From: a virus
Lineage: Duplodnaviria; Caudoviricetes
DNA: 34,651 nucleotides
Virus record (IMG/VR): IMGVR_UViG_3300005512_000151
Location: 1-34,651 of that record
Reading direction: 5' to 3' (one strand)
Below, in pieces: positions 25,105 to 32,866 of the stretch (position 1 is its first letter; each line of letters opens with the position of its first letter). Position numbers and translations under genes: made by a program. The notes below the pieces were generated by a model. That model was not told the origin of the DNA. It worked only from the letters and a program-made list of their open reading frames with translations, and did no database searches.

Positions 25105-25506
25105 TTACCTCAACTCTCCAAAACGTTCGACGTAATACTGTTCAATTGCCGCCCACATCGCATCGCCACCCTGAGATACCATGACATCAAAAAAGTGGTT
25201 TGCGTACAAACCCGAACCATCGTAATAACAAGGCTTACCGTCCAGGTATTCCCAATCAGCCATCTGAATTTGCCCATCATACATGGGCATGGGGCTGTGG
25301 TATCCAATATCAGCAGCCATTGGACCTTGATGTCCAAACTCCCTCTGAACGTGCGGCAATTGCCAGTTCGTAAAAATCAAGAACTGTACAGCGCCTAATT
25401 CTCCCTTTAGGACAAATTTCAAATTTACGCCGTGAATACCGTAGTTCTTTGATGGGTCTGGGTTACGCTTATCATATGCAGGTGTAATTTCTGTTATTCG
25501 TTCCAT
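25105..25506 (-). CDS. Hypothetical phage protein
   Basis: 133 aa; GAGAGG RBS; motifs NYGIHG, GAVQF, DIGYHSP and CYYDGSGL look like a conserved family that I cannot name. Confidence 0.65.
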   Translation of the reverse strand: MERITEITPAYDKRNPDPSKNYGIHGVNLKFVLKGELGAVQFLIFTNWQLPHVQREFGHQGPMAADIGYHSPMPMYDGQIQMADWEYLDGKPCYYDGSGLYANHFFDVMVSQGGDAMWAAIEQYYVERFGELR

Positions 25507-25519
25507 ATTATCCTCTCGC

Positions 25520-25541
25520 GGGGTGGACTTGCGCCCACCCC
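25520..25541 (-). repeat. GCGCAAGT-capped hairpin, copy A
   Basis: GGGGTGG-GCGCAAGT-CCACCCC. Confidence 0.75.
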
Positions 25542-25544
25542 ATA

Positions 25545-25574
25545 AGGAGAAAGAGTATCTAGCCTCCTAGATAC
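25545..25574 (-). terminator. Putative intrinsic terminator
   Basis: GTATCTAG-GAGG-CTAGATAC perfect stem followed by TCTTTCTCCTT, right after the stop of 25575..25904. Confidence 0.5.
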
Positions 25575-25904
25575 CTACGATAGCAACTTGACGCCGATGC
25601 TTGGCGGCGAAGTCTTGACGATAAGCGGCTCAATATCTGCATCCTTGCAGATTGCCCGCCAGTCCGTTGAAGTAACTGTTTCTGTGATGGTGTACTTCTG
25701 GATAAGCTCGGCGTCTGCGGTCTTTGCGGGGGTCTCATAGTCATATGTGTTACGTCCACCGCTGTATGATGCCCGCACATTGCCAACCGTCTGCGTCTTG
25801 CCGATCTCCAGCACAGCGGCCTTGATTTCTTCCTCGAGTGCGTTTGCTTGCTTGACAAGCTCTTCCCATTCCAGCATTTTTTGCGCAAGTTCTGACATGT
25901 TCAT
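25575..25904 (-). CDS. Hypothetical coiled-coil protein (Gam/Gp157-like position)
   Basis: 109 aa; AGGAG RBS; follows the annealing-protein gene; family assignment is weak. Confidence 0.55.
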   Translation of the reverse strand: MNMSELAQKMLEWEELVKQANALEEEIKAAVLEIGKTQTVGNVRASYSGGRNTYDYETPAKTADAELIQKYTITETVTSTDWRAICKDADIEPLIVKTSPPSIGVKLLS

Positions 25905-25953
25905 TTTATTTATGTGCTCCTGATAGTAATTGATAGCAAATAGAAATTTATTT

Positions 25954-25977
25954 CAGGTGGGACTTGCGCCCCACCTG
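25954..25977 (-). repeat. GCGCAAGT-capped hairpin, copy B
   Basis: CAGGTGGG-GCGCAAGT-CCCACCTG. Confidence 0.75.
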
Positions 25978-25982
25978 TTTGA

Positions 25983-26933
25983 TTAGAGAAGTTCGGCCTG
26001 ACCTTCTTCTTTCAAGGCCTCGGTCAGGCAGCTATTCGCTTCTGTGATTGCCAATCCATCCGGCAACCACTCGCCGTTTTCGTCAGCCTGGACATTCAGC
26101 CAGCGCATAAACGCGCACGCTTCACCGTCTGACAACTCCTTGACGCTGGACGCTCCGCACAGATAACGCATAACGGATTTCCGCTTGCTGGTCTCTTCGC
26201 CAGTCCCTGCAAAACACAACTCCAGATTTGCGGCGATCATGTTCCGCTGCTGGTCGGTGGGTTTGGTATTTTCCTTTTTGCATACTGCGACCATCGCAGC
26301 GAACTTGTCAGGCATGATAATAGCCGGGTAGGGACGTTCAACTTTGGTGACGGTGGTGTCTGCCTGCTGGCCGTATAACGCTTCCATGCGTTCGGCATTG
26401 TTGGTCGGGCGGGTGACGGTGGGTGTCACGTCAATGATATTTCCGTCAACGTCAATATCTGCGCCTAGCTCCTCTGGCGTGTAGACTGGTGCGCCGCCGA
26501 AGATCCCCGGGGTGTACCACTTTGCGCCGTTACTGATAGCGCGGGCGAATAGCATGTTCTTCGGAAACTTGTCCATGTTCTTCGTGCCTACCCGCTTAGC
26601 GTCTTTGGCGTCAAATGCCGAACGTCCGACTTCCTGCCCATTCTCGATAAACACGATCTCGCAGCGTTCGTCAGTCAGTTCAATGACCTTGTAATCATAG
26701 CGGGGGTCATTCTTGATAAGGGACGCTAACAGGTTAGCGCCGAGGGCGGGTTTGCCCTGGATAATGTGGATGCCGGTCATACTGGCAAATGCACCCAGTC
26801 CCAATTCACGGCCCGCCATGACCTTGACAATGGCCTGCGCAGCGTTCTTGCTATCCTGAAAATAGCCGCTATCAACCATTGCCTTTCCGATCTGTGCAAC
26901 TTCCTCGAATGGTACAATCTGGTTATTCGTCAT
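25983..26933 (-). CDS. RecT/Red-beta-like single-strand annealing protein
   Basis: AGRELGLG, IHIIQGKP, KFPKNMLFARAIS and VYTPEEL motifs; AAAGGAG RBS. Confidence 0.78.
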   Translation of the reverse strand: MTNNQIVPFEEVAQIGKAMVDSGYFQDSKNAAQAIVKVMAGRELGLGAFASMTGIHIIQGKPALGANLLASLIKNDPRYDYKVIELTDERCEIVFIENGQEVGRSAFDAKDAKRVGTKNMDKFPKNMLFARAISNGAKWYTPGIFGGAPVYTPEELGADIDVDGNIIDVTPTVTRPTNNAERMEALYGQQADTTVTKVERPYPAIIMPDKFAAMVAVCKKENTKPTDQQRNMIAANLELCFAGTGEETSKRKSVMRYLCGASSVKELSDGEACAFMRWLNVQADENGEWLPDGLAITEANSCLTEALKEEGQAELL

Positions 26934-27054
26934 AATTCATTCTCCTTTGCGATAAAATGGATAAAAAGCGCCGGGGTCACTAAAATGGGTTATGTCGTCT
27001 CTTACATTCCCAATCTTGACGGGGTCACTCCTTTCGACCCCGGCGCCGGGTAAA

Positions 27055-27258
27055 CTATTTGCGACGGTTGATCTTGCGGCTGGCCTTCGCCATCTTCGCC
27101 CGCTTTTTGTTGCGCTTCTTTTTTTGCGGCCCATCATCAAGCTGAGTAATTTTTTTATCACTCTTGATTGGGTGCATCACGATGTAGCCAGCGTCTTTAC
27201 GATCTTTGTCTGGCGCTCCGCCAGTTAAAACACGCTTTACAATATCTCTCAGTCTCAT
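27055..27258 (-). CDS. Small highly basic protein with Arg/Lys-rich C-terminus
   Basis: KKKRNKKRAKMAKASRKINRRK; AAAGG RBS. Confidence 0.6.
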   Translation of the reverse strand: MRLRDIVKRVLTGGAPDKDRKDAGYIVMHPIKSDKKITQLDDGPQKKKRNKKRAKMAKASRKINRRK

Positions 27259-27272
27259 TATTTTTCCTTTCA

Positions 27273-27473
27273 CTAAATCTTGTATCCTGTCCTCCGGAGA
27301 CGGGCAAGATATTCATTCTGTATCCGCTGCCGTTCCCCCTCAGGGTTATACAGGTCTGTGTGCTTTGCCATGCCGTTGACGGATATCCGGCCATTGCATC
27401 CCGGCCAGCCGTTCGGGTAAGCGGCGCATCGGCGGCGGTGTTCGGGGCGTTTTAGGCAGGCGTTACAGTTCAT
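27273..27473 (-). CDS. Small Cys-rich protein
   Basis: MNCNAC...RRRC...GC; ATGA coupling at 27473. Confidence 0.5.
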   Translation of the reverse strand: MNCNACLKRPEHRRRCAAYPNGWPGCNGRISVNGMAKHTDLYNPEGERQRIQNEYLARLRRTGYKI

Positions 27474-27805
27474 CGGCTTTTGTGCCATGCCATAACACGG
27501 GCGTAAGCCGAACACTTGCGGCAGGTCGGCCCATAAACGCCACACTCACAATCACGGTATAAATCGTTATAGTCGCCGTATGCTTTGTGTGCGATACCGT
27601 CAGCGATAAAAGCGGCGTCCTTGAGGTTCTGCAACTCGATATATTTACCGCTGATGGTCAGCGGATAGGCCATATCTTCGACCTCTTTGTAAGCGGTGTC
27701 TGAGCTTAGCGACGCTTCCCAGTAGCGGTCGTGAGCCAGGCTGAGAACGTCCGGCGGGGTGATGATCTCGACAGTATCGTCTAACATTCCTAGATAATTG
27801 CTCAT
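27470..27805 (-). CDS. Hypothetical protein (111 aa) with C-terminal Cys cluster
   Basis: Likely start MSNYLG at 27805 (ATGA overlap); CECGVYGPTCRKC. Confidence 0.6.
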   Translation of the reverse strand: MSNYLGMLDDTVEIITPPDVLSLAHDRYWEASLSSDTAYKEVEDMAYPLTISGKYIELQNLKDAAFIADGIAHKAYGDYNDLYRDCECGVYGPTCRKCSAYARVMAWHKSR

Positions 27806-27993
27806 TTTGTCACCGCTTTGGCTTGTTCGATGGTTACGTCTGGGTTGGGCTGCGATACTGCCGCCGTCCAAGCCTGCTCGATGATATATGTCGCCATCGC
27901 CGATAGGGTGGTAGGCGGCTTGCTTGTCCATGCCAGTTGTTCCAACATGGCGTGAGCCTCCTCTGTAATCCTGATAACTTTTGTTTCTGTCAT
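27802..27993 (-). CDS. Ribbon-helix-helix (Arc/CopG-like) transcriptional regulator
   Basis: TKVIRITEEAHAMLEQLA...TLSAMATYIIEQAW fits the beta-strand plus two-helix pattern; first gene after a consensus promoter; GGAGG RBS. Confidence 0.68.
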   Translation of the reverse strand: MTETKVIRITEEAHAMLEQLAWTSKPPTTLSAMATYIIEQAWTAAVSQPNPDVTIEQAKAVTK

Positions 27994-28036
27994 TTGTACC
28001 TCCGGGGATTTGCTGATTGATTGCTAATGTAATAAG

Positions 28037-28065
28037 ATTGTAGCATAGATGTAACATGGTGTCAA
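28037..28065 (-). promoter_or_regulatory. Early promoter (extended -10)
   Basis: TTGACA-17 bp-TACAAT with TGn. Confidence 0.85.
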
Positions 28066-28157
28066 TAGGCAATATTTACAATATATCCGATAATAGACTC
28101 AATCTGTCTATTACTGAATATAAACGCAAACTGTTACAAATCCGCAAATTTTACGAA

Positions 28158-28182
28158 TAAAAAAACGTCCTGGTGGCGTTTT
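28158..28182 (-). terminator. Terminator-like hairpin
   Basis: AAAACGCC-ACCA-GGACGTTTT followed by TTT; imperfect stem. Confidence 0.45.
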
Positions 28183-28212
28183 GCGTATGAATAGGTAAAA
28201 CTCTATCCCCAA

Positions 28213-28240
28213 CACAAAACGCCCAGCCTGAGCCGGGCGT
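28213..28240 (-). terminator. Intrinsic terminator
   Basis: ACGCCCGGC-TCAG-GCTGGGCGT followed by TTTGTGTT. Confidence 0.75.
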
Positions 28241-28308
28241 CCGTGGGTTGCAACCTCGCCACGTTCATCGTTGCGCATCGTTGAGAGGCGGTGGACGTGG
28301 ACTTATGC
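28213..28308 (-). ncRNA. Candidate ~95-nt small RNA
   Basis: Bounded by a promoter (28313-28342) and a terminator; internal stems CCACGT...ACGTGG and GGTTGCAACC; no RBS-led ORF. Confidence 0.45.
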
Positions 28309-28312
28309 GGAG

Positions 28313-28342
28313 ATTATATCACAGCCGTGATTATACTTGCAA
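28313..28342 (-). promoter_or_regulatory. Sigma70-type promoter with overlapping palindrome
   Basis: TTGCAA-18 bp-TATAAT with TGn; the -35 is the centre of the perfect palindrome ATACTTGCAAGTAT (28333-28346). Confidence 0.68.
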
Positions 28343-28357
28343 GTATTATAATCGTGT

Positions 28358-29185
28358 TTATCTTACGTCAGCCGTAACCGAGATATGCGGGTAAGCGGTC
28401 TTGCCTGCACTCACCACCTCAATTCCAATCCAGGCGATACCGTTCGGCGTGGGTGGAAATTGTTTTAGATCGCCCCAGCCGCCCTTGTCATAATCCTGCT
28501 TATAACCCGGTGTCCTGATGTAGTGCGCCAGGTCAAAGGATTTTACGCCCCGGTTGCTGATGCGTTCCCGCTTGATTGACAAGGCATACTCCTGATGATT
28601 GTGTCCATTGTGCACTATATCAGCATCTGGCAAATATACCGCCTGCCTCGCTGTGCTGATAACGCCCTTCGTGACTGGCGCATTCCCGCCGCCGCCGTGA
28701 TGGTATCTGTACTTGACGCTAAAACCAGCCCCGCCCGACTTAGCCAGGAACTGAAACACAATCCAGCCGCCCACGCCGCCGGTTATTGTCTGCGACCCAG
28801 CCCGGCGCAATTCAGCAGTGAAGCGGCTTGTCAGGTCGGTGGATGCCTTCTCGTAAACGGACGCCTCGTGATTGCCACGCCCGACTAAAAGAAAACGGTC
28901 AGCGAACGGCTTATAAAATGCCACCGCATCGTCCACAATCAGATCGTAATAGTTGCCACCCAGGTACTCAGGACGCAAGTCGTCATATGAGCGGCGTGGA
29001 TCATACTTACCTGCCATAGCGTCAAACAAGTCGCCGGCGTCAACGATATATGCTCCCCGTTCCTTGACCTGCTTCAAGTGTTGCAATTCTAGTGACCTGT
29101 TACAATGCAGGCTATCGTGATGCCTATCACTGGATGCGCACAATTCCAGCCTATCACCCACGCCATCATAGACGCATTTCACCAT
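28358..29185 (-). CDS. Calcineurin-like metallophosphoesterase
   Basis: Motifs SDRH, GDLFD, GNHE, HHG and GHNH; may start at CTG 29224. Confidence 0.88.
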   Translation of the reverse strand: MVKCVYDGVGDRLELCASSDRHHDSLHCNRSLELQHLKQVKERGAYIVDAGDLFDAMAGKYDPRRSYDDLRPEYLGGNYYDLIVDDAVAFYKPFADRFLLVGRGNHEASVYEKASTDLTSRFTAELRRAGSQTITGGVGGWIVFQFLAKSGGAGFSVKYRYHHGGGGNAPVTKGVISTARQAVYLPDADIVHNGHNHQEYALSIKRERISNRGVKSFDLAHYIRTPGYKQDYDKGGWGDLKQFPPTPNGIAWIGIEVVSAGKTAYPHISVTADVR

Positions 29186-29240
29186 GATAACGTCGGCTCT
29201 GTTTTCGACAGATGTGATATTCAGTTGTCATAACCTCCCA

Positions 29241-29459
29241 CTATAGAACAGTATCCGCCTTGATACCGTGCAATGCCGCCAGATAATCCAGTTTATCTTT
29301 ATCTGACAAGCTCGCCCAGGTCTTATTTTTTTGCTTACCCTTCTCTGCAACAATCGCTGGGCGTTCGGCAATCAATATCTTTTTGCGCTTCGGCTTTTCA
29401 TCCCCTGCGCCGATGTCAATAATTCCAACCTCTTGTTTATCCTGTTTTTTTGCCGTCAT
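29241..29459 (-). CDS. Small basic hypothetical protein
   Basis: Likely start MTAKKQ at 29459 (ATGA overlap, AGGAG RBS). Confidence 0.55.
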   Translation of the reverse strand: MTAKKQDKQEVGIIDIGAGDEKPKRKKILIAERPAIVAEKGKQKNKTWASLSDKDKLDYLAALHGIKADTVL

Positions 29460-29890
29460 AAGATTGGGTCTCCTGGCGGCGGTGTCACTGCCTCCGCCGC
29501 GTATACTTTCGCCACACAATCAGCCAGCGGGCCATCCTCGCCCCTGACCACGATAACGCCGGCCTGTTCTGATACCACCTCAAACTCCCCACGTCCGGCG
29601 GTCATCTCAATCGTTTCAATCATGCCGCCGATGTTGATATTGACCGTTGCCTGTGCAGGATCACCCGTCACCACAAACACGGCGGCGTCAATACCATCAG
29701 CCACAATGACAACACTGTCCGGGCTGATGCTGTACCGGATCGCCGCCAGCTTTGCCGCTTCTCTCTCTGCGTCCCTGATTTCGACCTGTTCAATCGTCAG
29801 GGCTTCCTCGATGACTTCGCCGGTAGAGCAGTCTACCCGCCGCTTTGCGCCATAGCCAAACACAAATAATCCCGCTGGTTCTTCGCTCAT
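29456..29890 (-). CDS. Tail-associated protein with Ig-like C-terminus (fibre chaperone candidate)
   Basis: VDCSTGEVIEEALT N-terminus and IVADGIDAAVFVV beta domain; follows the fibre gene. Confidence 0.5.
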   Translation of the reverse strand: MSEEPAGLFVFGYGAKRRVDCSTGEVIEEALTIEQVEIRDAEREAAKLAAIRYSISPDSVVIVADGIDAAVFVVTGDPAQATVNINIGGMIETIEMTAGRGEFEVVSEQAGVIVVRGEDGPLADCVAKVYAAEAVTPPPGDPIL

Positions 29891-29893
29891 ATC

Positions 29894-30652
29894 TCACCGT
29901 ATCCCGTAGAGTAGTATTCTAGTTTTATCAGCCAAATTGCTTCCAGTCGTCGGGAAAAAATTTAGCTGTGTGACCGCCCCGGCGTTGTTGAATATCCCGC
30001 TGAAATTATCCTGGTTACCATCACTGCCAGCCACGCCCCAAAAAGCGGCGTTGTGTGAAAAGAACTGCGGCCCCTTGCTGGCGTTGGTATAGTCCGGTAT
30101 AGTCATCTCAAACGTTGCAAACATCGACGCCCCGGCAGTCGCCCCAACTGATGTTGTAACTATCCAGGACGTTTCAGCGGTGGCATAATCAGTCGATGCC
30201 GGCGCGCCGTTGTAACCGTATAACCTCACAAAGCGGTGACGGTCAGCGGTGCTATCATCATTGACCCGACAACGTACACTATCAAAGGCGGCGGCCTGGT
30301 CGGTTCTGGTGCTGCCGATAATTTTTAGATGCGTGTAAGTCTGCGGGATGCTGGCGAACTCAATCTCGGCAGTATCGGCGGTCAATATCTGGTCGCTAAT
30401 CAACCACATGCGCCCAGCCGCCCCGGTCGCCATGCCGCCGCTCTCGGATGCCAGATAGTAAGGCAGGTCGTAATCGCTGCCAGCTGCCAGCCTGACCAGC
30501 GTCTTGCTTGCGCTTGCCGGTGTCAGGTCGCCTTTAGTCGTGACAATACCTAACCCCGTCTTTGCCATGTTATCACGCAAATAGGTATTCAATTCGGCGG
30601 CTAAAAGCGGATCTCCGGTTACAAATGTTTTGACGGGTATATCTGCGCCCAT
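29894..30652 (-). CDS. Tail fibre/receptor-binding protein
   Basis: FVTGDPLLAAELNTYLRDN N-terminal attachment motif, TTKGDL repeat and FASIPQTYTHLKI head domain. Confidence 0.75.
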   Translation of the reverse strand: MGADIPVKTFVTGDPLLAAELNTYLRDNMAKTGLGIVTTKGDLTPASASKTLVRLAAGSDYDLPYYLASESGGMATGAAGRMWLISDQILTADTAEIEFASIPQTYTHLKIIGSTRTDQAAAFDSVRCRVNDDSTADRHRFVRLYGYNGAPASTDYATAETSWIVTTSVGATAGASMFATFEMTIPDYTNASKGPQFFSHNAAFWGVAGSDGNQDNFSGIFNNAGAVTQLNFFPTTGSNLADKTRILLYGIR

Positions 30653-30662
30653 AATATCTCCT

Positions 30663-32249
30663 CTAGTATCCTAGTACATCTGTGCTATCAAGCAGGGACG
30701 TATCCAGAATGAAATAGCTTTCGTTATCTGCCAGCGGTGACGGTATCCACTGACAGGTGATATTCCGCTCGCCGTTGATCGTGATATTGACGCCATTGAT
30801 GAAATAATCCTGCGCCGATAATCCGGTCATGTCCTCCGACAACGTGAAGCGGTCGCCGGTGTCCAGCGCAAGAAAAGCCGCCATCAACGCACTGGAATAT
30901 TTGGGGTAGAACGTCACAGATAACACATCCTCACGCGGCGTCTTTTGACGGGTCAGCCAGTAATTTGCGGCTGATGCCGATGCGTTGACATCATCCTGGT
31001 ATTTCTGGTCTATGTTGAGTAGGTATTCGCCGTGAGAGGCGGTCAAGGCGGCGTCCTCGACCTGCACGATCTGCGGATCGTAAAAATAAATTCCCTTGCC
31101 GCGTACCTGTAGTTTGGTGATATAGCCGGTCAGCGTGCCGGTGTTGACCAAAACGAACTCAGTCGCATTTGCGCCATAGGTGCAGCCCGATACATCCAGA
31201 TAGGCGGTCAGGTCATCGCCGCTGCCATCCTCTGCGCTGTTCATTAGATAGTCGGTCGTTGCGACCAGTGAGACTAAGTCCTTCCCAGATACCTGTTTAC
31301 TGCCGCCGGTTGGGTCTCGATATTTACCGCTAAACGTTGCGGTGTTATCAGTCCCCGGAGCGATTGACATAGCCTTTGGGAGTGAGTACAATACCGTCGT
31401 TGCGGCGGCGTCTACCTCTCTAGGATTGGCAGTCACTTGCAATTTATTTGCAAACTGCGCCCCGTAAGAAGTATCAAGCTCGACCATCGTGTTATCCAAC
31501 GTCACGCCGCTGGTACGTTCCCAGCGTGAGTATCGCCCGTCGACTTTCAGCACCTCGCCGTATGTATCATCATGGTGGATGTAGATATACCCGCCCTCTG
31601 ATAATGCCAGCTTCTGAAACTCTGTCAACGCCCTGGTTGCCGTTCCCAGGGTGTCGAAGGCGTACGGGAAAGTATCCGTGCCTGTGCCGTAGTCTGTGGA
31701 TAATGGCGCAACGGGTATAGCCGCCAGCAGCAGGGCGACAACCTCCTCGATGCGTTTATTCTCTGCGCCTTCCTGGACCACCAGCGGATAAATCGCCGCC
31801 TGGTTCATCCAGTCAAGAGCCGTGACCATCGTCCGCCGTTCTCGCTTTGTACCTGCGACCACCTGTATACCGTCCGGTGGGATGCGGCCATAAATGCGCT
31901 TTGTGTTCGTACCGTCAGTCATCCACACTCTGACACCGATGCCGATGTCAAACCCTGCCCGGCAGTTGGTATGCCCAGGGGTATAATACCCGACCAGTCC
32001 GGCGCTATTGGCCTCTGAGTTATTCAGTTCCAGCCTGATTTCTCCGGTGGATGCGACCCGATCCATAACGCCATTGCCGCCGATACCGTAGGATATCTCC
32101 AGCGGTTTGAGTACATCTTCGCTAACGTCGCTCCATGCGCCAGGCGAAAATTCCATCTCCACCGCCATGCCGAAACCATCATCCGGTACAATCCCAAAAT
32201 AGGATTGGCCGAAGTAAGCAACGCCGAAATGTGTAGGCGTGGAAGGCAT
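30663..32249 (-). CDS. Minor tail / baseplate hub protein
   Basis: 528 aa, beta-rich; WSDVSEDV, LDTGDRFTL and YFINGV hub-like motifs; C-terminal FILDTSLLD. Confidence 0.72.
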   Translation of the reverse strand: MPSTPTHFGVAYFGQSYFGIVPDDGFGMAVEMEFSPGAWSDVSEDVLKPLEISYGIGGNGVMDRVASTGEIRLELNNSEANSAGLVGYYTPGHTNCRAGFDIGIGVRVWMTDGTNTKRIYGRIPPDGIQVVAGTKRERRTMVTALDWMNQAAIYPLVVQEGAENKRIEEVVALLLAAIPVAPLSTDYGTGTDTFPYAFDTLGTATRALTEFQKLALSEGGYIYIHHDDTYGEVLKVDGRYSRWERTSGVTLDNTMVELDTSYGAQFANKLQVTANPREVDAAATTVLYSLPKAMSIAPGTDNTATFSGKYRDPTGGSKQVSGKDLVSLVATTDYLMNSAEDGSGDDLTAYLDVSGCTYGANATEFVLVNTGTLTGYITKLQVRGKGIYFYDPQIVQVEDAALTASHGEYLLNIDQKYQDDVNASASAANYWLTRQKTPREDVLSVTFYPKYSSALMAAFLALDTGDRFTLSEDMTGLSAQDYFINGVNITINGERNITCQWIPSPLADNESYFILDTSLLDSTDVLGY

Positions 32250-32866
32250 TAGATTATCCCATAGTCCGATAGATAGACGACCTGCGGGCCGCTTGATGGT
32301 GCAGGTGCGTGAGTAATCACAAGCTGCGGTTTCATAGCTACGATATTAAAATTGATATACTCGCCGCCCGTTGGGGCAGTGGCCGCCTGGTCTTTTGCGC
32401 TGATAATGCCGTAATAGGTATAGCCTGTTTTATTGACCCTCGCCGGTGTCAATGCCGCTGATGTGTAGTAAGTCCCTGTGCCTATGCCGGATGTGTTGCG
32501 CCATAATGCCTCGGTAGAGGCCGCAAGAATAGCGTCGAACGTCGCCTCTCGATTGGCGGCATCTAACGGGTCTTGTCCCGACCAATCACAACTGACGATA
32601 TTGATATCAAAATCCGCCGCTGAACTATCGTTTAGCACGGCCAATTTCATCGCCACCGCCGAGACATCATCAGTGTCCGGTATGCTGGACGTGTCAAATT
32701 TGAGACCAAAGCGATAACACTGATAGGGTGTGCCGTACTGCCCAAGACGATACTCTGTCGTATAGATGGCCGAACTTGTCGTTCTCGCAGTCGCATAAAC
32801 TGCATTTGTCGAGTATACCGTTTTGTTGGCGGCGATATCGGCGTCAATCGTGGTTACAGTCATCAA
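32249..32866 (-). CDS. Virion protein with DNRLRE/carbohydrate-binding-like domain
   Basis: LKFDTSSIP...AVAMKL and KPQLVITH resemble DNRLRE-type beta sandwiches. Confidence 0.55.
   Translation of the reverse strand: MMTVTTIDADIAANKTVYSTNAVYATARTTSSAIYTTEYRLGQYGTPYQCYRFGLKFDTSSIPDTDDVSAVAMKLAVLNDSSAADFDINIVSCDWSGQDPLDAANREATFDAILAASTEALWRNTSGIGTGTYYTSAALTPARVNKTGYTYYGIISAKDQAATAPTGGEYINFNIVAMKPQLVITHAPAPSSGPQVVYLSDYGII

Noticed and set aside
26937-27161. 74-aa ORF upstream of the annealing-protein gene
   Set aside because: Mostly overlaps 27055..27258 in another frame; only a short 3' part could be real, and I cannot support a start.
27806-28072. N-terminal extension of ORF 27470..28072
   Set aside because: It overlaps the early promoter and the RHH gene; the coupled ATG at 27805 is more plausible.
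28213-28308. tRNA, known riboswitch or mini-CRISPR
   Set aside because: No cloverleaf or T-loop motif, no aptamer consensus that I recognise, and the CAACGATG repeat is only 8 bp with a 2-bp gap.
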